Below, piece after piece: positions 9,078-16,476 of a DNA stretch of 28,844 nt. Both the position numbers and the translations under genes were made by a program. Every line of letters starts with the position of its first letter. Within the stretch, counting starts at the first letter, position 1. The notes under the pieces were generated by a model, which saw nothing but the letters and a program-made list of their open reading frames with translations, searched no databases and had not been told where the DNA came from. The stretch is from positions 1 to 28,844 of the IMG/VR virus record IMGVR_UViG_3300030118_001361; one strand, given 5' to 3'. This stretch comes from a virus.

Positions 9078-9679
9078 TGGCTACATACAATTTAAATTAT
9101 TCTGAATCAATGAGTACACTACAATATGTGTACTTTTATGAAAACTTAGCAAGTGCAATAGATACAAGTACATTATCAGGTAAAAATTTACTGTTTTATA
9201 TAAGAGGTAGAGAAACTAATTTTATTAGAACCGTTGCTGCTTATCCAACAAATAGTGGTGACTATAATAGTCCTACTTTTTTAAACAATGACAGATATTG
9301 GACTTTAAGATTAACTACATTTTATCCTACTACTAGCAACATATCTAATTATGACACTACTAGCAATTTAGCTAAAAGGCAGGGTGGTGTAGTTATTCCT
9401 ATTGGTGATACTTATGATATTGAAGTATATTATACTTCTTCTAGTTATGTAAACATTTTAAATGTTGCTACTGCAACTAAAATACCTGGAATAAATATAG
9501 TTTTAAATGTTACAGTAGATGAAACTTTTGATTCTATAGAAACAGATAACCCTTTAAGTTACTATACAGAATATGCAAATAATGATTTAATAGCTCAAAG
9601 TGTAGGCACAAAAGGATATAGTAGTGATAACAATAGAGATAGTCAGTATGGAACTCAAAACTGGCAACCAACATACTAA
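9077..9679 (+). CDS. Hypothetical virion-module protein (200 aa)
   Basis: Clean ORF tightly packed just upstream of the portal gene. No recognisable motif. Confidence 0.5.
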   Translation: MATYNLNYSESMSTLQYVYFYENLASAIDTSTLSGKNLLFYIRGRETNFIRTVAAYPTNSGDYNSPTFLNNDRYWTLRLTTFYPTTSNISNYDTTSNLAKRQGGVVIPIGDTYDIEVYYTSSSYVNILNVATATKIPGINIVLNVTVDETFDSIETDNPLSYYTEYANNDLIAQSVGTKGYSSDNNRDSQYGTQNWQPTY

Positions 9680-9681
9680 TT

Positions 9682-11871
9682 ATGAAGAAAAAAGACAATA
9701 TATCAGTAATACATTTAGCAGAATATAATCTGCCTACAATTACAGAAACAAACAATAAAGACTGGATTCAATTTGGATCAGATAATTTGTACCCTCAATA
9801 CTTACTAGAACTATACAACGGTAGTAGTATTAACAATGCTATTATAAAAGGTGTTAGTAGTATGATTTATGGCGAGGGTTTAGACGCTACTGATAGAGAA
9901 GATGACGATAATAAAAAGGGTAATTGGTTAGCTTTAAACACTTTGTTACATAATTCGCCTAAAGATACGTTAAAATGTTTAGCGTTTGATTTAAAGCTAT
10001 TTGGAATGTGCTATGTTAATACTATATGGAACAGACCTAGAACAAAGATAGTAGAGGTTAGGCATATACCTGCACAATATATAAGAAGTGGTAAAGCTGA
10101 TGCTTATGGTAAAGTAAATGAGTATTATTATAGTGCCGATTGGGAAAACACTAGAAAACACAAACCAAGATACTATAAAGCATTTGACTTAAAAGATAGA
10201 ACAGATGCAAATCAAGTTTTATGTATAAAAGATTATAGTCCTGGATCTTACTACTATGCAACTCCTGACTATCAGGGTTCTACTAGCTACATACAATTAG
10301 ATATGGAGATTGCACAATTTCATTTGTCTAATATCAAATCAGGTATGTTTCCGTCTATGGCAATAAATATGTCAAACGGAATACCAACAAGAGAAGAAAG
10401 AAGAACTATAGAAAGACAAATAAACGCTAAGTTTGGTGGTTCAGGTAATGCGGGTAAAATACTATTGACGTTTAATGATGGTAAAGATACTGCTCCTGAG
10501 ATAGTACCTATTAATGCTAATGACAATTCTGATAGCTACCAATTTTTATCTACAGAAACAACTAGAAAGGTTTTAACAGGACACAGGGTTACAAGTCCTT
10601 TATTATTTGGAGTAAAAGGAGATGGTTCAGGCTTTGGTAATAATGCAGATGAACTTAGAGATAGTTACAGCCTATTTAACAATACAGTTATAAAGCCATT
10701 TCAAAACACACTTTTAGAGGGTTTAGAGCCAATATTACACGCAAACGGTATAGAACTTGATTTATACTTTAAAACGCTAAAACCTGCTGATTTCATTGAT
10801 ATTAGTAATGTAAATAAACTTGATGAAGATGAACAAGAAAAAGAGGGTATAGATACTGATAACAATGAACCAATAAAAAAAGAGTTTAAAGACTTAAAAG
10901 ATATAGATACTAAGCCTACAAAAGGTATGATAGAACAGGCTAAAATTGGTTTAGAAATGCGTAAGGAATATGGTAGAGGTGGAACTATGGTTGCAGTTGC
11001 AAGAGCGCGTAATATTGTAAACGGAGATAATTTAAGTTTAGAAACAATTAGCAGAATGAACAGTTTTTTTGCTAGACACGAAGTAGATAAAAAAGCAGAG
11101 GGCTTTAATCCTGGAGAAAAAGGTTATCCCTCAGCAGGAGCGATAGCATGGAAGTTGTGGGGCGGAGATGCAGGTCAAACTTGGGCAAAAAAAAAAGTAG
11201 AAGAAATTAAAAAAGTAAGAGAAGATTTAGACCTGCCTAAAAATGATGAACAAGCATATATAGAATACTTTACACAAAATGCAATAAAGCTAGATGATGA
11301 TTGGGAAGAATTAAGAGTAGATACAGTTGATACTAACGAAGAAGAAGAAGAAAACTTTTACAAGTTTGCAACTGATGTTCCTGGCGGAGATACCGCAGGA
11401 AACTTATTAAAAGAAGCTACTAAGATTGGATTGTTTAAATTGTATTACAGATATTCAGCAAATATTTCAGCTAATAGTAGAGATTTTTGCAGAATAATGG
11501 TAGCACTTAGAAAAGCTAGAAACGTATATACAAGAAAAGCTATTTTAAATGCAGGTAGTAGAGCGGTAAATCCTGGATTTGGAAAGAATGGAAGCAATAC
11601 ATATTCAGTTTGGAATTGGAAAGGTGGAGTATATTGTCATCATTTTTGGGAGCGGGTATGGTATTTTAGAAAAAGAGTACCTAAAGGCGAACAAATAACA
11701 ATAGACGGAAAAACATATAAAGGTGGTCAAGTGTTACCTGATACAACAATTAGAAATTATAAAAAAGTTACAAATGCTTTTGCGGAAAGAATGGGGGTTA
11801 ATATGCCTTTTAATGATACTAAGGCAACTACTGCTCCTATCAACACTCCAACAAGAGGTAAATACAGTTAA
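9682..11871 (+). CDS. Portal protein fused to a C-terminal SPP1 gp7 / Mu F-like head-morphogenesis domain (729 aa)
   Basis: The N-terminal about 380 aa are portal-like (YQGSTSYIQLDMEIAQFHLSNIKSGMFPS...INAKFGGSGNAGKILLTF). An acidic linker follows, then the module RGGTMVAVARARNIV...LWGGDAGQTWAKKK. The MuF-like end reads SRDFCRIMV...YSVWNWKGGVYCHHFWERVW. Confidence 0.7.
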   Translation: MKKKDNISVIHLAEYNLPTITETNNKDWIQFGSDNLYPQYLLELYNGSSINNAIIKGVSSMIYGEGLDATDREDDDNKKGNWLALNTLLHNSPKDTLKCLAFDLKLFGMCYVNTIWNRPRTKIVEVRHIPAQYIRSGKADAYGKVNEYYYSADWENTRKHKPRYYKAFDLKDRTDANQVLCIKDYSPGSYYYATPDYQGSTSYIQLDMEIAQFHLSNIKSGMFPSMAINMSNGIPTREERRTIERQINAKFGGSGNAGKILLTFNDGKDTAPEIVPINANDNSDSYQFLSTETTRKVLTGHRVTSPLLFGVKGDGSGFGNNADELRDSYSLFNNTVIKPFQNTLLEGLEPILHANGIELDLYFKTLKPADFIDISNVNKLDEDEQEKEGIDTDNNEPIKKEFKDLKDIDTKPTKGMIEQAKIGLEMRKEYGRGGTMVAVARARNIVNGDNLSLETISRMNSFFARHEVDKKAEGFNPGEKGYPSAGAIAWKLWGGDAGQTWAKKKVEEIKKVREDLDLPKNDEQAYIEYFTQNAIKLDDDWEELRVDTVDTNEEEEENFYKFATDVPGGDTAGNLLKEATKIGLFKLYYRYSANISANSRDFCRIMVALRKARNVYTRKAILNAGSRAVNPGFGKNGSNTYSVWNWKGGVYCHHFWERVWYFRKRVPKGEQITIDGKTYKGGQVLPDTTIRNYKKVTNAFAERMGVNMPFNDTKATTAPINTPTRGKYS

Positions 11872-11874
11872 AAT

Positions 11875-12447
11875 ATGGCAATACAACATACATTATTTAT
11901 AAGTACAGACAGATTAAAACGAGATAGTGCTTTAGGTGGATCAGTAGATGACAATTTACTACTACCATATATTCTTATGGCACAAGATAGATACATACTA
12001 CCAATACTTGGTACTGATTTAACAAATAAGCTGATTTCAGATATACAAGGTAGTAGTTTGACGGGTAATTACTTAACACTTTTACAGACTTATATACAAC
12101 CTGCATTAGTGCAGTTTGCTTTTGCTACTGTTTTGCCTTTTTTACGTTTACGAATGGTAAATAATAGTGTGGTAACAATGTCAAGCGAACAGGGTAGTAG
12201 TGTAAGTCACGAAGATTTGAAACCCCTTATAAATGCAAGTATGGATCAGGGAGAATTTTACAGAGAAAGACTAATTGACTATATACAAAACAATACATCT
12301 TTATTTCCTGAATATTCTACTAACACAGGTGCAGACTTAACACCTACTACGCAGAATTACTATGCAGGTTTAAATTTAGATACAGCACCTTTAAGTAACA
12401 AAGCTAAATCTTTTTTACAGGGAGCAGATATAACTATATGTTGTTAA
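11875..12447 (+). CDS. Head-tail connector / head completion-like protein
   Basis: Directly follows the portal gene. The pattern LLLPYILMAQDRYILPILGTDL...YIQPALVQFAFATVLPFL resembles gp6-type connector proteins. Confidence 0.4.
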   Translation: MAIQHTLFISTDRLKRDSALGGSVDDNLLLPYILMAQDRYILPILGTDLTNKLISDIQGSSLTGNYLTLLQTYIQPALVQFAFATVLPFLRLRMVNNSVVTMSSEQGSSVSHEDLKPLINASMDQGEFYRERLIDYIQNNTSLFPEYSTNTGADLTPTTQNYYAGLNLDTAPLSNKAKSFLQGADITICC

Positions 12448-12518
12448 TATGATTACTAAACAAAAAGTTAAAGAAAGACAAAAAAACATAACTAAATTAA
12501 AAACTTATTTAAAGAAAA

Positions 12519-13064
12519 ATGGCAGGACAAAGACTAACAGACAAAACGGCTCTAAATAACCATACAGGATCAGGAGATTTATATATGGTAGTGGACGTAT
12601 CAGATACAAGTTCTAGTACAAGCGGTACGTCAAAAAAAATAGATTCTAAATTTGTAATACAAACAGATAAAATTACAATATCAGCAGCAGAATTTGGTGC
12701 TATGGACAGTTCAGGTAGTGCAGGTAAATTTAAAACATTAGTATCGGCTCCAGGTAGTGGTTATGCAATAGTGCCTTTAAATCTAGTTGTTGTAGTAACA
12801 GGTGTAACAGGTCCTTCTGCTGTAATTGCAACATTATATGCGGGGTATCTCAATAATTCTACTACTCAATTTGTTTACGCAAAATCTAAATTTATGCAAA
12901 ATTTTTTATTTGCTAATACTTTAGTTATGGCTAAAGACGGAAACAAGTATAGTAACAATACTACAATTGATAATTTACCTTTTTATATGTATTCTAGTGG
13001 AAATTTTGGTGGTAATTTTGGTGCAGATGTATATATAACATATCAAATAATAAAATTAGCATAA
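12519..13064 (+). CDS. Hypothetical virion protein (181 aa)
   Basis: Clean ORF. The N-terminal motif LTDKTALNNHTGSGDLYMVVDVSDTSSSTSGTSKKI is seen by eye in structural proteins of flavobacterial phages (from memory, unverified). Confidence 0.45.
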   Translation: MAGQRLTDKTALNNHTGSGDLYMVVDVSDTSSSTSGTSKKIDSKFVIQTDKITISAAEFGAMDSSGSAGKFKTLVSAPGSGYAIVPLNLVVVVTGVTGPSAVIATLYAGYLNNSTTQFVYAKSKFMQNFLFANTLVMAKDGNKYSNNTTIDNLPFYMYSSGNFGGNFGADVYITYQIIKLA

Positions 13065-14095
13065 TGGAAACATCTAAATATATCTATGCTTTACTAATAA
13101 TGCTTGTATTTGGTGTAGCAACCTGTAAAGGACAATTTTTTAAATATGCAACTTTCTATACGTCTATGAACATAAATACAAGTATGGTAGAAGATCAAGA
13201 CTATAGAGCAATAAACAGAGGTTATGAAGAAATTACACAAATCAATCCTTATGACTATTCTTTCCAAATTGGGATTAGAAAGGTTGCAAGATACGACTTT
13301 GAACAGAAAAAACGGACTTGGTATACGGGTTCTGATGAGCAAAGCTATAGCGATAATACTACTATCTCTAATAATATTGGGTGGGAGTATTTATTTAATT
13401 ACGCTTTTATACGTCATCGTTCTGAAAAATTTACTAATCAAGATTTTTGGATTAGATATTTAGGTAATAAAACTGTTACAAAAGCACAAATAAAGAATGA
13501 TGAAGCTAGAGATTTACAATTTACATCATTTGATACTAGATATAGAATAAACAAAGGTAGGTGGGATTTTACATTTGGTCTAGTAGGTAGAGGTCATAGA
13601 GTTTATGGCTACAATCCTATTGCAGAAACTTGGGAGAAAGGACAACAAACATTTTTTGATTTAGCTAATGATTTTGGTTATTCAAGACAATTTGTAAATG
13701 GAGATTGGCACTGGTTTAAAAACGATGAATTATTAGCAACGTCAAACGATGAGTTTTTTAAGCATTATTTTGGTTCAGCAATAGCTCAGTATAACCAAAA
13801 CGAAATAGACGCATTAGGTAGCGTTTATGAGCTATCTACAGTGCTTGGAATATCTTACTATAAGTACAGTAAAGACTTTTGGTTGTTAAGTTGGGTAAAT
13901 GTACTGCCATATCACTACGGACTAAATGATTTTAGTTATGATTATGAACAAGCTCCTATTGATGTTGATTTAGGACTTGTTACAGGTTGGAAGATAACAA
14001 AGTCATTAGGGGTATTTATAGAGGGTACTTATTTAAGGTATTGGGAAAAGCCTATCTATGAATGTAAATTAGGGTTTAATTATTTAATATTTTAG
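13064..14095 (+). CDS. Secreted outer-membrane beta-barrel-like protein (343 aa)
   Basis: It starts with a signal peptide (METSKYIYALLIMLVFGVATC-KGQ) and has many alternating aromatic/polar strands. The C-terminus ...KLGFNYLIF ends in Phe, like a BAM beta-signal. TAATG couples it to the upstream gene. Confidence 0.55.
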   Translation: METSKYIYALLIMLVFGVATCKGQFFKYATFYTSMNINTSMVEDQDYRAINRGYEEITQINPYDYSFQIGIRKVARYDFEQKKRTWYTGSDEQSYSDNTTISNNIGWEYLFNYAFIRHRSEKFTNQDFWIRYLGNKTVTKAQIKNDEARDLQFTSFDTRYRINKGRWDFTFGLVGRGHRVYGYNPIAETWEKGQQTFFDLANDFGYSRQFVNGDWHWFKNDELLATSNDEFFKHYFGSAIAQYNQNEIDALGSVYELSTVLGISYYKYSKDFWLLSWVNVLPYHYGLNDFSYDYEQAPIDVDLGLVTGWKITKSLGVFIEGTYLRYWEKPIYECKLGFNYLIF

Positions 14096-14097
14096 TT

Positions 14098-14607
14098 ATG
14101 AAAAAATTGTTATTATTTTTTGTGTTTAGTTTTGGCTTTAGTCAATCAAATTGTGAATTATGTGTAGAGCAAAATGGTTTTTATTGCGGAGATGATGAAT
14201 CTAATTGGACACAATATTCTCCTAATGGTTGTGTACCTAATGGTTTAAATGATTTGTTTTATCTTAACGATGGTTGGTCAGATTGTCAAGATTCAAGCGA
14301 TGAGCAAGATGCAGTACCAACAACTTTAGCTGATTGTGATATATACAATATTGCAGATACTATATTTATAACTGATACTTTATATGTTGATGTTATAGAT
14401 ACTTTGTATATAAACACAATAGATACTATAAATGTAACTGAATATATAGATTGTATTACAGGTTTGCCATGTAATAATTCTGCTATTGTAGAAATATTAA
14501 ACAAATCTAAAAACGAAAATAAAATATATAATATTGATGGTAAAGAAATATATAGACGTAAAGGGTTATATATAGAGAATGGAAAAATTAATTTTAAAAC
14601 AAAATAA
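14098..14607 (+). CDS. Secreted Cys-rich protein with an LDL-receptor class A-like Ca-binding motif, DT-rich octad repeats and a short T9SS-CTD-like tail
   Basis: Signal peptide MKKLLLFFVFSFGFSQ, six Cys in the first 80 aa, and DGWSDCQDSSDE (14269-14304). Repeats run DTIFIT/DTLYVDVI/DTLYINTI/DTINVTEYI (14356-14451). The C-terminus is KIYNIDGKEIYRRKGLYIENGKINFKTK. Confidence 0.5.
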   Translation: MKKLLLFFVFSFGFSQSNCELCVEQNGFYCGDDESNWTQYSPNGCVPNGLNDLFYLNDGWSDCQDSSDEQDAVPTTLADCDIYNIADTIFITDTLYVDVIDTLYINTIDTINVTEYIDCITGLPCNNSAIVEILNKSKNENKIYNIDGKEIYRRKGLYIENGKINFKTK

Positions 14608-14609
14608 AT

Positions 14610-14792
14610 ATGAAAAACGTAATAAATAAAATGATAAACAGTAGAAAATTTTGGTATGGATTATCTATACTAATGCTTATAATGTTTTCAGAAGATTTAG
14701 GAATTAGTGCAACAAAAATGCAATCAATGTTAATTGTAGTAGTAGCTTTAATATTAGGTCAAAGCTATGCTGATAAATCTTGCAGTAAATGA
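14610..14792 (+). CDS. Small two-TM membrane protein (holin/antiholin-like)
   Basis: 60 aa with hydrophobic segments FWYGLSILMLIMF and MLIVVVALILG. ATGA couples it to the next gene. Confidence 0.45.
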   Translation: MKNVINKMINSRKFWYGLSILMLIMFSEDLGISATKMQSMLIVVVALILGQSYADKSCSK

Positions 14793-15058
14793 AGATAAAC
14801 GAAAAATCAGAGTTCACACTTGATTTAAAGACAATTATAATGGTAGTTGGCTTTGCTATATCACTATCTGCAACATATTTTACATTGAAAGCTGAGGTTG
14901 AATTAGCAAAAACACTACCTAAAAGTGAAATATCACGTTCAGAGATGGATTTAAAGATGGAGTTAATTAGTAAAACTGTTTTATCAAACGCAGAAAAACT
15001 AGGCAAAATGGAAAGTGCCGTTGAAAAAATAGAGGAACGGGTTTACGAACTAAAATGA
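14789..15058 (+). CDS. N-terminally membrane-anchored coiled-coil protein (i-spanin-like topology)
   Basis: A single TM (IIMVVGFAISLSATYF) is followed by a charged helical region (EVELAKTLPK...KLGKMESAVEKIEERVYELK). ATGA overlaps occur at both ends. Confidence 0.4.
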   Translation: MKINEKSEFTLDLKTIIMVVGFAISLSATYFTLKAEVELAKTLPKSEISRSEMDLKMELISKTVLSNAEKLGKMESAVEKIEERVYELK

Positions 15059-15432
15059 AATTTTTAAAATACATATTACTATTGTTGGTAGGACAGACCA
15101 TAGCACAAACTACTGTTACAACTGAAAGTGCTTTAAATAAGCACACAAAAATTAATGGGATAGTTGTAGTAGAGTTTTGGGCAAAGTGGAATGATAAAAA
15201 TGCTTGTAGTTTTTTAAAAGACTTGGAAGATTGCAATACTGTTAGAGCAGATATTGGAATTAGTACAACACTACAAGAAAAATACGATATAGAAGTCCTA
15301 CCAACTTTAGTTGTTATTAACAATGGTGTTGAAATAACACGTTTTACAGGTAACATTTTATTTCAGCTAAATGTTAAAAAACAAGAAGTACAAGCCAAAA
15401 TAGATAGCATAATAATAAGTAAATTTGAATAA
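15055..15432 (+). CDS. Secreted thioredoxin-fold protein lacking the CxxC active site
   Basis: Signal peptide MKFLKYILLLLVGQTIAQ. VVVEFWAKWNDKNA aligns by eye to thioredoxin VDFWAEWCGPCK, and a cis-Pro-like LPTLVVINNGVE is retained. NDKN replaces CGPC at 15178-15201. Confidence 0.55.
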   Translation: MKFLKYILLLLVGQTIAQTTVTTESALNKHTKINGIVVVEFWAKWNDKNACSFLKDLEDCNTVRADIGISTTLQEKYDIEVLPTLVVINNGVEITRFTGNILFQLNVKKQEVQAKIDSIIISKFE

Positions 15433-16046
15433 TGAAACTAACATTAGATTTAATAGAAAACGCAGTAAAAGATAAAGGTTATAATTGGTTTGATAAAGGA
15501 GATTACAATTTAAATATAGTTGGTGTTAGAAATAGCGAAACCAACAACGAGGTTACAAATAAATTTGATGATAAAATTACACTATCTTACAAAGTAGATG
15601 GTAAATGGGAATTTTATAGTTTTGACGCTACTACGGATCCAGGTAAATATTGGGTAGAAAATATAATGAAGGTAGAGGGTGTTGCTTGTTTAAAGCCTGG
15701 ACAATACAAATCATACAGAATAGATAAGCACAGAGGTATTTATGATTGCTTAGCACAGAGGGAAGGCGAAGTAGAAGTATATAGAGATAACAACAAAGAT
15801 GGTTGCTATGATTTAGACGATGACAATACACAAACAGGTTATTTTGGAATTAACATACATAGAGCAACTGCAAGAGAGGGTAAAAAATCAACACAAGTAG
15901 ATAAATGGTCAGCAGGTTGTCAAGTTATAGCAAGTAATGATGATTGGAACGATTTTATATTTGCTTGTTATAAAGCTAGAGAAATTTGGGGAAACAAGTT
16001 TACTTATACATTAATTAATAGTGACGATATATATGAAAATTCTTAA
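15432..16046 (+). CDS. Candidate endolysin / peptidoglycan-active enzyme (YkuD-like His...SxGC motif)
   Basis: NIVGVRN...TTDPG...GQYKSYRIDKH...GINIHRATAREGKKSTQVDKWSAGCQV resembles L,D-transpeptidase-fold catalytic His/Cys signatures. It lies directly upstream of, and overlaps, the holin gene. Confidence 0.45.
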   Translation: MKLTLDLIENAVKDKGYNWFDKGDYNLNIVGVRNSETNNEVTNKFDDKITLSYKVDGKWEFYSFDATTDPGKYWVENIMKVEGVACLKPGQYKSYRIDKHRGIYDCLAQREGEVEVYRDNNKDGCYDLDDDNTQTGYFGINIHRATAREGKKSTQVDKWSAGCQVIASNDDWNDFIFACYKAREIWGNKFTYTLINSDDIYENS

Positions 16047-16416
16047 AAAATTATTAGGTACAGATAAAGTTATTGATAGTGTAGGTGGTATTATAGATGA
16101 CCTTGTTACTACTAAAGAAGAAAAAATACAAGCTAAAACAAAGCTAAAAGAGATTATCAACTCTTATAAAATAGAGGTAGAAAAAAACATAACAGCACGT
16201 TGGGAAGCAGATGCTAATGGTAATGTACTAACACGTTCTGTTAGACCTTTAGTTTTAATATTTCTTATAGTTTGTACTATGTTACTTGTGTTTATAGATA
16301 GTGGTTCTATAGCATTTGAAGTAGCAGACAAATGGACGGATTTATTACAACTTACATTAATAACAGTAATAGGAGCATATTTTGGTGGACGTTCGGTTGA
16401 GAAACTAAAAAAATAA
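16033..16416 (+). CDS. Holin (3-TM, GTA-release holin-like). The likely start is the ATG at 16033; the ORF track used a GTG at 16021.
   Basis: A charged helical N-terminus is followed by RWEADANGNVLTRSVRPLVLIFLIVCTMLLVFI and LLQLTLITVIGAYFGG TM segments. It overlaps the lysin 3' end. Confidence 0.55.
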   Translation: MKILKKLLGTDKVIDSVGGIIDDLVTTKEEKIQAKTKLKEIINSYKIEVEKNITARWEADANGNVLTRSVRPLVLIFLIVCTMLLVFIDSGSIAFEVADKWTDLLQLTLITVIGAYFGGRSVEKLKK

Positions 16417-16476
16417 ATTATCAAAAAAGATTATAGACTTAGACTAACTAAAGCTGAACACGATCTTATAAAAGAA

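Noticed and set aside
12449-12559. A 36-aa Lys-rich ORF (MITKQKVKERQKNITKLKTYLKKNGRTKTNRQNGSK) in the connector / 12519 gap
   Set aside because: A-rich intergenic DNA naturally yields Lys/Asn strings. It overlaps the next gene by 41 nt out of frame, and no feature supports it.
13094-15356. Overlapping alternative-frame or antisense ORFs (13094..13342 -, 13224..13463 +, 14286..14504 -, 14704..15006 -, 14967..15356 -)
   Set aside because: Each is fully embedded in a longer, better-featured + strand gene with a signal peptide or motifs. Their translations are low complexity.
16414-16476. The holin and metallophosphoesterase ORFs are in the same frame, separated by one TAA. The 20 codons before the ATG read like protein (IIKKDYRLRLTKAEHDLIKE), suggesting readthrough or a non-canonical start.
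   Set aside because: TAA readthrough or recoding has no other support in this genome, where TAA is used as a normal stop throughout. A membrane holin fused to a cytoplasmic enzyme is implausible. ATG 16477, just before the GDLHEP motif, is sufficient.
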